Shown here: positions 20,225 through 33,900 of the stretch, piece by piece
Layout: each line of letters begins with the position of its first letter
How positions within the stretch are numbered: position 1 is the stretch's first letter
Assembly (NCBI GenBank): GCA_949358305.1
Contig: OX442314.1
Coordinates: 19,468,001 to 19,532,000 of the forward strand
Direction: 5' to 3'
DNA: 64,000 nt
Source of the DNA: Strigamia acuminata
Taxonomy: Eukaryota
Translations under genes and position numbers: made by a program
The notes under the pieces: generated by a model
Told to the model about the DNA's origin: nothing
Seen by the model: the letters and a program-made list of their open reading frames with translations, nothing else
Databases searched by the model: none

Positions 20225-22000
20225 TTAGTCGAAAGTCCCATCAGGTTTCTTAGCATCAGCTGTTAAAACACACCGAACCCAATCTGCAATGCTTCGAGTT
20301 TGAGGTATTGGAAATTTCTCCCATTGACCAGTCGAAGGTTTATGTCGCCATAATTGTTCATGTTCATCTTGAAATAAAAAAAACGGCCATTCTTGGCTTA
20401 CACTAAGATGCGTCCAAGTTTTCCCCAGTTTTTCAATACCCGCTGGAGGTTTCGTCATTTCCCATTTATTATCCTCGGGATCAAACACGTATATTTCGAT
20501 TGGCGTATAAAAATACAGTTTCCCATCGAACGGTGCGCATGATGTACTGTATTTAATGGCGGGGTGAACAGTTTTCAAGTACCATTGATTAGCGAAAACA
20601 TTGTAGCAATAGAGCGAAGTATTGGCAGCATTTCGAAGAAAAAGCGAATTTATCGTGCTGATAAAATAACAATCTTGATAATGACCTTTAAGAGACGCTA
20701 AAGTCTCCCATTTTTTAATTCCTGGATTGAATCTGACAAACGCAGTTTCGCCCCAAATGTAGATTTTATTGCGATGTTCTGCAATCCTTATGCAGTCTGT
20801 GACCGGGCATGTTCGAGTCACCTCTTTATACCGTGCATCTTCGGGGTAATACAAAATAACACACTGATAATAACAACTGAAAAAGTACAAGCAGCATCCT
20901 AAACCGCATGCTAGAAAGTCCGGAGTTACTTCTTCAGGCAGAGCTTTCTCATCCGCCCACGATTTAGTACTGGGTGTGTAAGTATGAATTAAAACAGTGT
21001 GTGGAGAATCCGGAGAAGTTCGAAAAAAATGTAACTTGTAATGTAATTTTATCGTATCATCAGGAGCGCTGGTATCGAACGTTGAAGTCGTCATGGATCG
21101 TTTCGAATTAGAACTTGATGTCTTCTTAGTCACTTTTAGCGGGTCGACCGTGCCGTCTTTGTGCAGCAAACGAGATGTAGCCGCTGCCAACAGCATCTGT
21201 AGTAATTCCACCGATTCTTTAATCAAAGGTTCCGTCTTAGGTAGGTTGTGGAGGTATTCATCCGAGAGAGATGACATATCAACTTCAGTGCATAGTCTGA
21301 GCAATTCCTGTCGCCTTCCGTCGGGGTTGTGCTTTGCCCAGTCAAGAATTGCTGACATAATCACTTCAGATGGTTGACATTCTTTTAAAAGAGGAACAAG
21401 TTCTCCCATGTGTTTTGTGCTTAGCTCCACTATTAGACCGTCTTTGGCAATGTCTTCAAAGTTATCTTTAATAAAATTAATGATCACGCACTGACTTCCT
21501 TTATTTTCCAGGTTATCTGCCAGCAGTAATGTTTCTAGAAAGTTATCCACGGTTAAATTTTGCAACAAGAGTTTCCAGCAATATTCATAAAGCCATTGCA
21601 TTTGCAGGTAATCAGTCGCGATGATCACTTCTTGTATTTTGGCAACGTCTTCGTACAAGCCAAGCGGTACTATCCCCGTGTATGCAAACTCTATTATTAT
21701 TTCCATAACGTGCGTTTTGATTCCTTTTAGCTCCACGTCTTTGGGAATCGGGCCGCCGGAGTGAAATAGGGATTTGAAGTAGGGAGAAGTTGCACTCAAA
21801 ATTAAGTGGTGTGCAGATATTTGGTGACCACCTTCGCATTTTAAAGTGACATCCGTCAATACTTTATTTTTCCGGAAATTGTCCAATTCACAGATTAATT
21901 TTTTTTGTTGCTCCTTCGCCAACACTTCGCCTTCCATCTATAAAGAGATAAAAATCATTCACTTTTTTTTCAGTTTGTGTTTTCGGTTTACCTTCTGCAT
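20225..22000 (-). CDS. BTB-BACK-Kelch-like protein (putative Cul3 adaptor)
   Basis: A micro-exon 22000-21992 (MQK|GTAAAC) splices to one large exon 21937-20225. BTB motifs LTDVTLKC..AHHLILSATSPYFKSLF and IIEFAYTG; BACK-like region; degenerate Kelch repeats (YTPSTKSW, FNPGIKKW, YNVFANQW, FDPEDNKW). Confidence 0.88.
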
Positions 22001-23006
22001 CGGAGAAACAAAATGAAATGTCTAACCTTGTTCTGCTTTTGTGTTAAAAGTAAGGTTGAAGTTAAGGAAAGAAAAAAATTAAATTACCGTACATATAACA
22101 CATTATATTACGTATTCTTTGCTTTAGAATAAAAAAAATGGGTTTCATCCATCCATTTTTCTCCAATTATTTTTTAAAAATATAATAGTTGAGTGCGGAT
22201 ATTGTTCAACAATTAGTCAATGCAGAAACATTGTTAATTGTTGCGTAGGCAATAATTTATTTCTGCTGGATATACTGTATGTAATCTTAAAATAAAACTT
22301 GTCGGAATTTCAGGATAAGAGGTGTACGTACGTCCTTTTTTTTTATAAATAAATAAATAAATATAGTAAGTAAATAAAACTGTCTGAGATTAATTTTGTG
22401 TTTGTTTTTAGATTTAGCACACAAAAATAAAGAATTAGTTCTAATTTATTTAAAATTTAAGTAATTTAACTCAAACTCATAAAATGTATAGTTGATAATT
22501 TTTTTCATCCGTATCATGGTTTATGAAAGAAAAGAATCGGATTTTTAAGAACGTTCGACCCTGTGTGTGGCAGAGCGTCACTCCGGTGTCACTCCGGTAC
22601 TTCCTAAGCAGGAACCGAACCGCATATCTACTTTGTTTTAAGACTAGGGACTGAATGTGTTTGTGCGTAAAAACTCGGGAAAAAACTCGGAAAAAAAAAG
22701 TTAAAATGAGCAAATTATCAGCATTGTATTCAATGTATTTTTTGTTAAACTCTACGCACCTGATTTTTAATTCGTTTCGATGTTTAATTTAAAAATTATC
22801 GATTAAAAAATCGTTTTAATTCCATTCCAGAACCTTGGCACTTTTTTTTTACGATGCACTATGCATGTCGGTTATCTAGTGTTTATGTCTGGTCCATTTC
22901 GGCAGACTTTGTTTTTAAATCACGTGACAACTGACTCTGTGAGAGAAACCGAGCAAATCACAGTTCAGAGCATGCAATCAGTGGAGAGTAAGGTTGTTAC
23001 AACAGA

Positions 23007-24035
23007 ATGGCTTGTTCACTAATGTCTGCGACAACACAAAACATAATTGCTTACGAGCCAAGAGTGGACAGCACAATCAACAGACGAAATGGCAACTTCA
23101 AAGTTTGGCGCGCCAAACTCGATTTATCATTTAGCATCTACATTATTACCGGAGGTACATACCATATATCTATATACATTATACTACATACCTAAACATA
23201 TTTTCAAAATAATATTTAAATGACATCATGTATTCAGTCATTTTTAAAGAAAATTTAAAAAAAAAATTAATCTCTTCTTCAATCACTAAAATTTGTGCAA
23301 ATTTTAACCTTTGACACTTTGCTTTAAATAAATTAATTAAAAATTAATAAGTGTGTCAATATTAGTTGTTTTAAATATAGTCTACAGAAGTGATGTGGCC
23401 AATTGAGATACTGACCTATAATTGGGGTAAATTCTTTTTAAAAAGGCTTATTTTGCTCCTTAGATCTTTGTAAGATAGGAATCATCCAAAAATATATTAT
23501 TATATCAAGTTTGAGCATTGACTGATTACTGGTGCAGACCTATATATTGATAAATCTGCACTTTGTAATTTGCAAAAAAAAATTCACAGATAATTTGCAG
23601 ACTATGATTTACAGGGCAAGATCTTGACACCCATGACTGAATAATCTAAAAAAATATGTAAAAATGATTCATGTGAATAGTGTCTTTAAAAATTAATATT
23701 TTTTTTAGTTCAAAGTCTAAAGATTTTTTTATTTTTTGTCATGTCAATTTTTTTTTAGCTCAAAGTCTCAAAATGATTATTATTATTTTTTTTAATTTTA
23801 ATTTTTTTAATTAAAATTTTTAATTGCAGGTACTTTATTAACTCTTGGTACATTTCTACTGAGTGGATTGCTGCTGATTATAGGATTTATTGCCATCGCT
23901 TTCAGTGCTTTTATGGCTGCTACTTGGTTGATATTCTACAAAACACTGAATTTGGTCAGACAGAATTCAACACAGTACATTGTTTCTGATATCCGATATA
24001 TGGAAGCGAAATTGGAGAGAAAGAAATCAAGTTAA
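23007..24035 (+). CDS. Putative two-exon small membrane protein (about 117 aa), possibly promethin/LDAF1-like
   Basis: Exon 23007-23154 (G|GTACAT) and exon 23830-24035 (TTGCAG|) are phase-compatible. Exon 2 encodes GTLLTLGTFLLSGLLLIIGFIAIAFSAFMAATWLIFYK...KLERKKSS*. AATAAA at 24146. Exon 1 is less certain than exon 2. Confidence 0.5.
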
Positions 24036-25984
24036 TTATTCAAGTCATCAAAAAATCATGAACTATAATTTAACCATTTTCTTAATAATTTTTTTTATTG
24101 CCGTATTGTGATCTACCTGTTGTGGCAAAATATATTTTACATCCAAATAAAGTAATATGTTTAAAACTGTACTCGGATTTTTTTTCTTTTTCCATATTAC
24201 AAGCAAGTATTTATTGAATTTGCAAATTAAAATTAATAAAAGTAGAAAGCGTAAAACAGTTTATATTGTCAAAGAAAACTTGTAAAATGAGGTATTTTAA
24301 TGATATACAAAAATAAAATCCGTAAAATGTACAAATGTGTTTCAAAATGAAACTGATTTCAAACTGCAATTCGGAATTTTCCTCCCACCAATTATAATTA
24401 ATTGATGGGTAAAATAATAAATAAATTTCATGGACAAAAATGTTTGATAAATCGTCAACAGATGGCGCCTAGCTTCCACAAACTGAATTCTGAACTTGCA
24501 AAAATTTCCCTTGAATGTAAGGAAACAAAAAAATATCAGAACGAAAATATAAAAAATAAAAAAAATTGCTATTAATTTTATTAATAACAACTAACTTCTG
24601 ATTTTTTATTCAATTTCCGAAATAAAAAATTAAAAATAGTTATTCTATCTGGGCTAGTGGAAAAAAAGTTGGCACAACAGTAGCAGCACATCCCTATAAA
24701 TCTTGTAAAGTGATTTAAAATATTTCGTGTTAAGTAATCAATTATTTAAAAAATCTGCTTTTTTTTATTAAAATTAAATGAAATGCACCACAAAAGGATA
24801 GAATAAGTAACTTAAAATTCATTTTGTTTTTGCTAAATTACTACATTAAAATACTTTAAAATTTAAGACATATCTGTATATCAGGATTAAATAAGAATAA
24901 CTTTTGGGGCCTAAAAAATAAATGGTTTCGGCAATATCTCATTTTATAAAATTGTAAATTACTTTCATCCTTAAAACTGGCGCCATGATCCTTTAGAGCC
25001 AATCCAAATGTCACGCGCTAGTCAGTGTCATTAAGTGTTTTGGAAATTATTATTATTATTATTTAATACCAGTGGGCGACCGTCAATATTACGCTTCCGT
25101 ATAAACTGATTCATAACTAAGATTAGTAACACAAGTTATTCTTTCTAAGAAGCAGTAATTGTTAATAAATAGATGTCAATTAAACTTAGTTAGAGACATG
25201 TGCTCAATAAATAAATCATTTCTAATAAATTTTAAACAAGATAAACTAGTCTTAAATGATGTTTACTTACATCATTTATTTATTAACTATTTCTCGCATC
25301 CTGTTTGACAAGTACCTTCAAATTATTACTGAAAACAGTGTTTTAAGAAGTAAAAAAAGTTTCAACAAACCGGTTGTTTCAGCCAGTTAACAAATCAAAT
25401 TTAAACTCATGCTTATCACTTGAAATAAAAAGTACGTTTCTTTTAGTTGAAACGTATTTTGTGAAATAAAATTCAGAGATTTTTCACCCTTGATTGTTTT
25501 AATTTCTGTTTTAATTTCAGGCAGGAAAAAATATTTAATTGCTTATGTATAATTTCTTTTTCCATTAATTAAAGAGGGAAAAAATGTTTATTTCGAAGAA
25601 TGAATTATTAGTCCTAACGCACAAAATGATATTTAATTGTTTTTAAAAAGGTATAAGTTCACAACTCGTCACTAGATGTCACGAGAACAAAAATTGGAAG
25701 CATGTTCCAAGTTTACATGAATTCATACATGATCAACGATTAGCCAATGTAAAGGATGGCGGGCGCTGTGGCGACCAATCCGGTGGGGCGTATTATATGC
25801 TTCCACGAGCCGAATTGGTGCGATCAAACCGTGTGTGCGCAGCCTGCCCTCCCCTCCCCCACCCTTCCATTCGTGCAACGGGCTGGCAACCTATAAATCG
25901 GACAGCCGCTTTTTTGCACCGGCTGTCACTTGGGGAATAGAGCTGCTATAGCAACTGTCGTGAACGAAACATCCAGAGTGTAAG

Positions 25985-28900
25985 ATGGTGCGAGGCGGTG
26001 TCGCAGCCTCCACTGCCGCAGCGATGTTGATGCTGCTGACCGCCGCCGCCTCCGCCTCCGCCGCCGAAGCCGAGCCATCCAAGTGTCCGCATTGCTCGCA
26101 GGCGGCTTCCGAACAGAATCGACAGAGTGCCGATGCGTTGAGACTCGAAGCGATCAAACAGCAGATTTTGAGCAAGTTGGGACTTCGTCAGAAACCCAAC
26201 ATTACGTGGAACATACCACGTGAAGTGATCTTGCAGACTCTGTGGCGCGCTGATGGCGTACGTCAGCTGCTTCTGGAACCGGGGTCGACGCCTCCGCAGC
26301 CTGAGACGGATGATTATTACGCGCGCACCGCTGAGATCATTACGTTTGCCGAGCGAGGTGAGTCTGGGAATGGAGTAGGGAGGGGCGCCGCGGGTTTCCC
26401 CACGTGCATCACGCACGTGGTACACTGCTTTTTTTTACGTTTAACTGAATTAGAAACGTTAATATCATGCTGCTATTTTTACCTTTGCATCTGCTCGTGT
26501 TTAATTCCATTTTTCCATTTTATTTGTCGTGTAAAAATTTATTTTAGTTGAATTAATGCGAGCGTGGCTTTCCTGCAATGCGTGCTCTTTTTTTGTTCGA
26601 AAAAATTTGACCAGCGTCTCTCTATGAATGGTTTTAAATGCATTTTATACACTCTTAACGTTCGTACAACATAAATTGGCGTTAAAAAATAATTTCAACA
26701 AATAATTCGAATTATTTTTTTGAATGATTTTTTTCTTTTTTAAATTTTACCCATTGCTTAATTCCAAGCTTATTCTAAGAGGGCTTTACTTCTTGTTCCT
26801 CGACTTTGTGAAACAATTTTGCAAATTGAAATGTTTTCAAGCTCACAAACTCAAGATTAACATGAAAATGGAAATGTGGGGGAGAAAACGCGATTTAATG
26901 ATGCAAATACTCAGCCCTAAAAGTTCACATGACGAGAGTTGCTCACTAGATTACAAAACATTACAAAAGAAATCTAACCTTTTATGTCTTTTGACATGTT
27001 AATTTAAAGCTCAAACCATATTAATATTAAACTTATATAAAAAGTAGGGTTAGAATTTAGTCCTATCTGCTTTACTTCATTCAACCCTTGGAAAATTTTC
27101 TCCCACTGGGGTTTGAATGGTGCAAAAGACTATGGTCAGTTCAAGTTTTGTAACGTGGTAGGTCCAGCTTGGACACTTTCCCTCTATACAAGTCGAGGGT
27201 CAGAGGTGAGCGTGATCTTTTAGACCTGTCCACTATGTGCACCGATGGTCCTGTTTGGCCCGTCACCATATAAAGAACATTTGGGACCATCTCCCACTAA
27301 GTGGACATAACACAGGACACTCAAAACGCCTCATTTCAATCTCTTCTCTCTCCCCCTCTGCATATCTCATTTTCTCTACTTTTCCCCTAACTTTTGCAAT
27401 CGACTTTAATGCACACAACTTGGTCACCGTGTCACCAGGTCGTAGCACCCCTTCCTCCCTCCACCCCCTTGCAGGCTTCCTCCCTTCAGTTCTGCATTTC
27501 CCAGCATCCTCTCCATTCCGGGGCAAAACTCTGGCCTCGAGCTCCTCCTGTATCATAAATCAGAAAACTCACCATCCACCCCCATTAAGACAAGACCACT
27601 GCCCCCGCAAAACGTCACACATAGTTCAAATCTGCACTGTTGCCAGGTGACATTAGGCAGCGGATCTTCCTAATTGACAAGTGACCTTGACCTTTTCCCA
27701 CAGTGCAGTTGCAACTCGACGAGTTTCATTTATTTTCCCGATAAATAAATAAATAAACTAGGATGCATTAACGCATATTCCATCCCACATAATGTCGTTT
27801 TGATGTATTCGCTGGGGATGTTTTCAGGTCATCATCTTCTAAGAGCAAAGTTTTTTCTCAGAGTAAAGCAACTGGTACTTGCAGATTAAAACTGGTTAAT
27901 GACGTGCTGGGAAATAGGCAAAAGGAAGCATTGAAATTTCTCAAACCTGATGCATTGTTTGTTATAAAATTATAACCTAAAACTCAATGCTAGGAAAAAA
28001 TAATGAATTCAATATCAAGAGCTGGAAGTCTCCATTGAAAAATTACATAATATCAATGGCAAGAGAGCAAATATTATCATTAAAATACGGCACGTTTTAT
28101 ATACCATTATATTAAATATTGAATAGAAATATTATTAGACATTTTACATCACTTTAAAATATTACATGTGAAATATATCGTATTGTTTTACAAAGTCAAC
28201 ACCCTCTTTTAGTCTATGGCTTCATGTTTTCATAATTAGGTAATCCTGTTTCTTTTTTTCCCTTCTTTTTTTCCTTTTTTAATAAAAAATAAAATATAGA
28301 GGAGATGAAGACAGACTATTCCCCCTGAAAAGCGTGGAAACAATTGGCTTTTAGCCAATACCATATTTCTGGCGGAAGTTCCTTTAGCTTTCCTTACTTC
28401 CATAGTAACTAAAATTGTGTGTGAGTAGACAATAAACTAACAAAGGGAAAGGGACCATTCGCTCAACGTATAAAATAGACAATAGAAAATATACTAATAA
28501 TTATACAATACTCCTTAACAATAATAAATTTACGACAATAAATTATTTTAAGAACGAAAAAAATAATCCATCTCGAGTATTTTTCTTTCAACTCAACTAT
28601 ATATCGATTTTTTTCTGTGTCAGCATGTATGCCACGGGCCTCACTAGTCCGTTGATTGCCAGTAAGAAAGAAGGAAAAAAAAGTCTTTTAAAAATCCATT
28701 CACGAATCTAAACTTTTGACACGAAATACAACAAGAACACTCAAAACATGGCGCTCGGCCAAAACCTTAAAACAGAAGGAAATTTTAACTACAGAATTTT
28801 CTCCTCTACTCTCTACTCTCTTCTACCATTTTGAGATATATTTTTTGTTATTTTTTTTATCCTTCTAGAGCGAATAAAGCTAACACCATGACAGGGTGTG

Positions 28901-30419
28901 AAGCACTCGTACAACCCTCATCCCTTCACCCACGGGAGGGATAAAAAAATTCACCCTCCCACTGGCGACCCCCAACAACCGTGCACTTGTTCTGGTGCTG
29001 CAAAACCCCCATCTGCTCTCTCCCCTTCCCGTTACCTTCACCGCCATCCCACCACTCCACACCCCCTTAAAAAAGGGGGTGGGTATAAAAACGGGGTAGG
29101 GGAAAAAAAGGGCTTCTCCCACGGGCTTGAAGTAACTGGTTTTATGAACTAACCCCCAACGATGCTCTAGCGAGTGTCAAATTTTTTTCAGAAGAAACCT
29201 CGTTTGGGGTTTGATGGATTCCTATAGGAGAAGGGATGCATACACCTGAGCTAAGTTAGAGGTCATTTATGAATGTGACTTTGTGAATAGGGCTTTTGGA
29301 CTCAGAAGGTGGTGAGGGTGGTTTATAATGGAATTTTTTTATACTGTACCAAACTTTTTTTGTATAAAAATGCATTACCATTTTTCTTCCCCCCGCTGCT
29401 ACAATAAACTCGGGATTAACGTATTCAGTTGCAAATGTGGAAAGCATGAAAAAGTGTATTATTATGTATATGATTTCAATTTTTTTTCAATTTTTTTTTT
29501 CAATTTTATTAATTCGTTTAGTTTTTTTTTTCTTTTTTTATTAAAAATAGGTGGCACCCTAAACGGACAGACACTTCTTGAGTTCTCCAATAGCCATGAC
29601 AATCCTCATAGTCTTCGAGTAAAGGGCGCTACCTTATGGGTGCAGCTGCGATTCCGGTCTCCATTAGTGCGGCAATTCCGCCATTTATTCCAGGACCGTA
29701 AAGTGACTTTGTATGTGTTTCGAGCTCATAAAGTGGGTGGACAAAACTCCTCTAAAGACGATTCTCACACTTTAGGCAGCGCTTCTCGTTACAATCTCGA
29801 CCTGCTAACATCTTCGCGGGTGAGTTTCAAACACGTGGGCTGGAAGAAACTCGACTTGCAGGACGCAGTACAGAGATGGTTTTCCGGGCCGTTGGGTTCC
29901 AAATTCACGGTCCTGATCGATTGCTCTGGCTGCGGCTCGCTTGTCGAGCCTATAGTCTTTGAAGCGGCTCCAGACACCGATGGCGGTGCTACGACCAGTT
30001 CCGCTGCGTCGAGAGGTCTTCGTCCGTTCTTGGCAATCGTGACGGAACCCGTACCGCAGCACCGGGTTCGACGTCGGGCTCTGGAGTGCGATAGTAAAAC
30101 AACTCAGTGCTGCAAGCAGTCACTCTACGTGAGCTTTCGAATTTTAGAGTGGGATGATTGGATCATTGCTCCACAAGGTTACTACGCCAACTACTGTATG
30201 GGGGACTGTGCTCGAAGAGGACGAACGCCGGACACGTTCTCTAGCTTCCACACGCACGTTATTGAGGAGTACAAGAACCGAAATCCGTACGCAGTTATCC
30301 AACAGTGCTGTGCACCTACCAAATTGGCACCCATGTCGCTCATCTACTTTGACCAGGATTCCAATATTATCAAGACGGACCTTCCTAATATGATTGTCGA
30401 CGAGTGTGGTTGTGCCTAA
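25985..30419 (+). CDS. Actbeta: Activin-beta / inhibin-beta-like TGF-beta family ligand
   Basis: Exons 25985-26357 and 29551-30419 (phase 1). Signal peptide, prodomain CPHC..RLEAIKQQILSKLGL, furin site RVRRR. The 9-Cys mature domain (QCCKQSLYVSF..WDDWIIAPQGYYANYCMGDC..RTPDTF..FHTHVIEEY..CCAP..MIVDECGCA) resembles arthropod Activin-beta. Confidence 0.93.
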
Positions 30420-30940
30420 AAAATGAATAACTTAGATTTAATTTCAAGCAACAAAAATCCCATCGTCCTGCCGCGCTCTCTTCTTCTAGTGAATCTTCCA
30501 TGACGAGTTGATTCTATTTGGAACTTCTGTGATTAAGGCGATCCCGCTACCATAGCCTCGGGGCCGGGTCAGAAGGAAGAAGAAGAAGCCTTGACTTGGA
30601 GGCGTTGACCCTTTGTGATAGACTCTCGAAACCCGAATGATCGGGCGTTGGTCAAAATGCCGTTTTCAAATTATTTTAACACGATTGTTTGAATTGCTAC
30701 GGTTTTTTCGCTCTTTTTTTTATTATTATTATTATTAAAAAAGAAAAAACAAAAACAAAAAAAAATTATTGTGAATTCTATTTTTATTTTTATTTTTATT
30801 TTATTGTTTTATTATTATTATTTTTGTCGTTGGATCGGAAGGTGTGTTAACTCAAACGGTGTGATTTGATGCGCGAAAAATGTAAAAAGATGTTTATAAT
30901 TTTTTTGTAACTTAATCTATCTATTATAATGAGAGCTAAC

Positions 30941-30978
30941 TATTATTATTATTATTATTACTATTATTATTATTATTA
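30941..30978. repeat. (TAT)n microsatellite in the probable Activin-beta 3' UTR
   Basis: About 12 TAT units with one interruption. Confidence 0.8.
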
Positions 30979-33900
30979 CGATTACCCTAATATTAATTTA
31001 TTCTTTTGATTTTAATTAATTACGTTATTTTGACCAATGTTCGACTTACGGTTGTAAACCAGCCGCCGATCGTGTTCAACTGATTCAGAATTTAGAGCAA
31101 CAAAAAAACAATAATAATAAATTAAAAAAGACAAAAGCAAAAAAGACGAAGGCTATCGTCAAATTGACGTGATTACTTAGTAACTAAATGAACCGCTTTT
31201 TTTCTCCCGTGTCCGAGCTTAATTTAGTGTTTAAACAGCTCTTAACTTAAAAATCAGTGCCTGAAATGAGGCTGCAACTCAATGTGACGTCACAAGGAGA
31301 TTGAAATAACATATAATAATTCATAAGAACCCCGATAATGATTAAATTAAACGAAAAAATCCAACTTTTTAATGATTATGATTTATTACACGTGTGATAA
31401 TTAACATTTATAGTATTAAACTTAAAAAAAAATATTCGTTTTGAATTTTTCATCTCCTTGGATGCTTCATTTACAGCTAAGATGGTGCTATTGTGTGAAT
31501 AAACTTGCTCCAAAGGACACAAATGTAAACTGTGGAGAGAATGTTTTGTATATGTATTTCCAGCTTAAAAAATAGATAAAAAGAGCTGCCAAATTGTGCG
31601 AGATTTCTTGTTAAAGTTGTTGTACTCGAACCGTAGGTTTATCTGTGAAACTTCTTTTTAAAGGGGAAAAAAACAACTGATTAGATAAGAACACAGAAAA
31701 AGATGCAAACATCTTCATCACTGTATTAATTTACATCAAATGTAACTGCATTTTAACATACGTAAAATATATTCAAATAGTGGGATGATTTCCGCGGGTT
31801 TACACCGATTTGGCATGCGACAAATTGGCGTGTACCAAATTGCACGAAACTCGTTTCTTCTCATCAAAATTGTGAATTCGATAACCAAGAATACGGTTAA
31901 AAAATTACTCCAGATTCACCAATTAAGAAATGAAAGTCAAATTAAATTATTGTTGAAATCGCATAGTAAAAGGGTGTCTTTCGGACAATTTTTTTTAGAA
32001 ACATAATCATGTTCCATACGAAAGCTTTAATGTTGGGATTGACGACGATTTTAAATTAATTTGATTTATTAATTTTTTTTCTCCATGGATTTCGAAGTAA
32101 AAACAACAAAAAAAAATGGTTAATAAGCATATACGTAACAATTTTTGTTCGTGCACATTTGGGGGTAAACAAAAACATTACAAAGGCTACATATGTGATA
32201 TATATGCAAACTAACAGTAAATTGATTCCATGTGATAATAGAATACTAGCTGTTAATTGCATTGTGCTTTCAAGTTGAAAATGATGTCGTCTGTGTTCTT
32301 ATCTGATCGGTGAGATATGCAAAAGTGACTAACTTAAAGTATTTCTAATTTATATTCAACTAAAAGAAAACTTTTTATATGACTGCAAATGTTTCTTTAT
32401 TAATTTGCATGTATAAAATCACTTAATGTTGTATATAGATACGATATTAAAAAATACAAGAATTAAAGAAAAAAAGTACATTAGATCTTCTCACTACACG
32501 TCTTCCTCGTGTTACAAATGGGACTGCTTAATTTAATTACTCAATCCATCAATTTGTCTTTTTTCATACAATATTCAAGAAAGGGAAAAAAATAAAAATA
32601 AAACTGAACTAGTCCCATATAAAAAGTTGAAAGGAAGACTTAAATAAAAGCAGTTTTGAGAAAGAAAAATATTACTGTATATTTAATTTTTTTGTTACTA
32701 TGATAGGTTTGTTGCCAGGAGATATACGATGAACACAATTGTGTTTAAAAAGTTGTTTTTACGCAAGTGTTCAATTTTGTGACAAAGAACATTTGGATCA
32801 CATGTTTTTTAAAGACCACTTATTGTAATGTAAGAAATTTTCAAAGCTATTAAAATGCATGTTTTATCAATAAAAAAAATATGACGTAATTTATTCCAAC
32901 AATTTTATTTATTATTTATTTTGACCGGACGAATTTCCAAGTGACGAAAAAAACACCAAAATATTAAACCAAAACATACCGCAATTAAAAAAATAAATAT
33001 CAGGGAGAGAGAAAATAAAAAAAAAAATTTTTCTCAAGATTTTTTTAAACCTCCTTCCTGTTAAAAATTAAAAATTAAAATAAAAAAAATGTTTAGGGGT
33101 CCGGACCCCTGCCTCCGCCCTTTGATAAATTGTCAAATTGTGCATAAAACACTCGAAAAATATATTAAAATAAGTTACTGCACATGTGTTTATCCAACCC
33201 AGAGAGCGAAAAATATATAAAACATTTTTTATTGACCTAAAAACATGAAGGAGCAAAAATCTTCATCACATTTGAACAACAAAAACAAAGGAGAAAAAAT
33301 ATGCACGGTAGAAAAACATGCTAGCATTGTATGTTGCATTATATCAAGCCCTAAAGTTGTCAAAGACCAGGTTGAAAAATGAAGCAATGAGCAGGAAGCT
33401 TGGAGGGTGAGGTTCCATTCATATGTGAGCCCTGGGAGGGGGCTTCAACTTCACAGGTGAAGCCTCTTTGAGCCCAAACTGACCGGCCTGTAAAAAACCA
33501 GCAAGCGGGCTGGGATAAAGAGAGCGAAAGGAAAAAAAGAGATCCCTCCGCCAATCAGTCCAAGTCCAGTCTGTGTCCAAATTACACTGAGTCCAGGTGA
33601 GGTGAGAACTTACCTATATCTAAGAGGGTCGGGGGAGAGGTTTTTTTTTCTTCAAAGACCCCTGATTCATCCTTAGTCAGTTATCCCCCTCCTATCATTT
33701 TTATTATCAACATTTCTACTAGATGGTTTTGGAAGTCTTTTCATTTCAACTTCAACTGAATTTTCCTATAAAAGAAAGTGCGATTCATACTGTCGTTGAA
33801 TATTTGAATGGAATTCGTAAATCACGATTTTTTTTTTCTTTTTTTAGAAAATCTCGATTTTGCTTTTGCTTTCTGTACTAGACGTCCAAAATATCAATTG

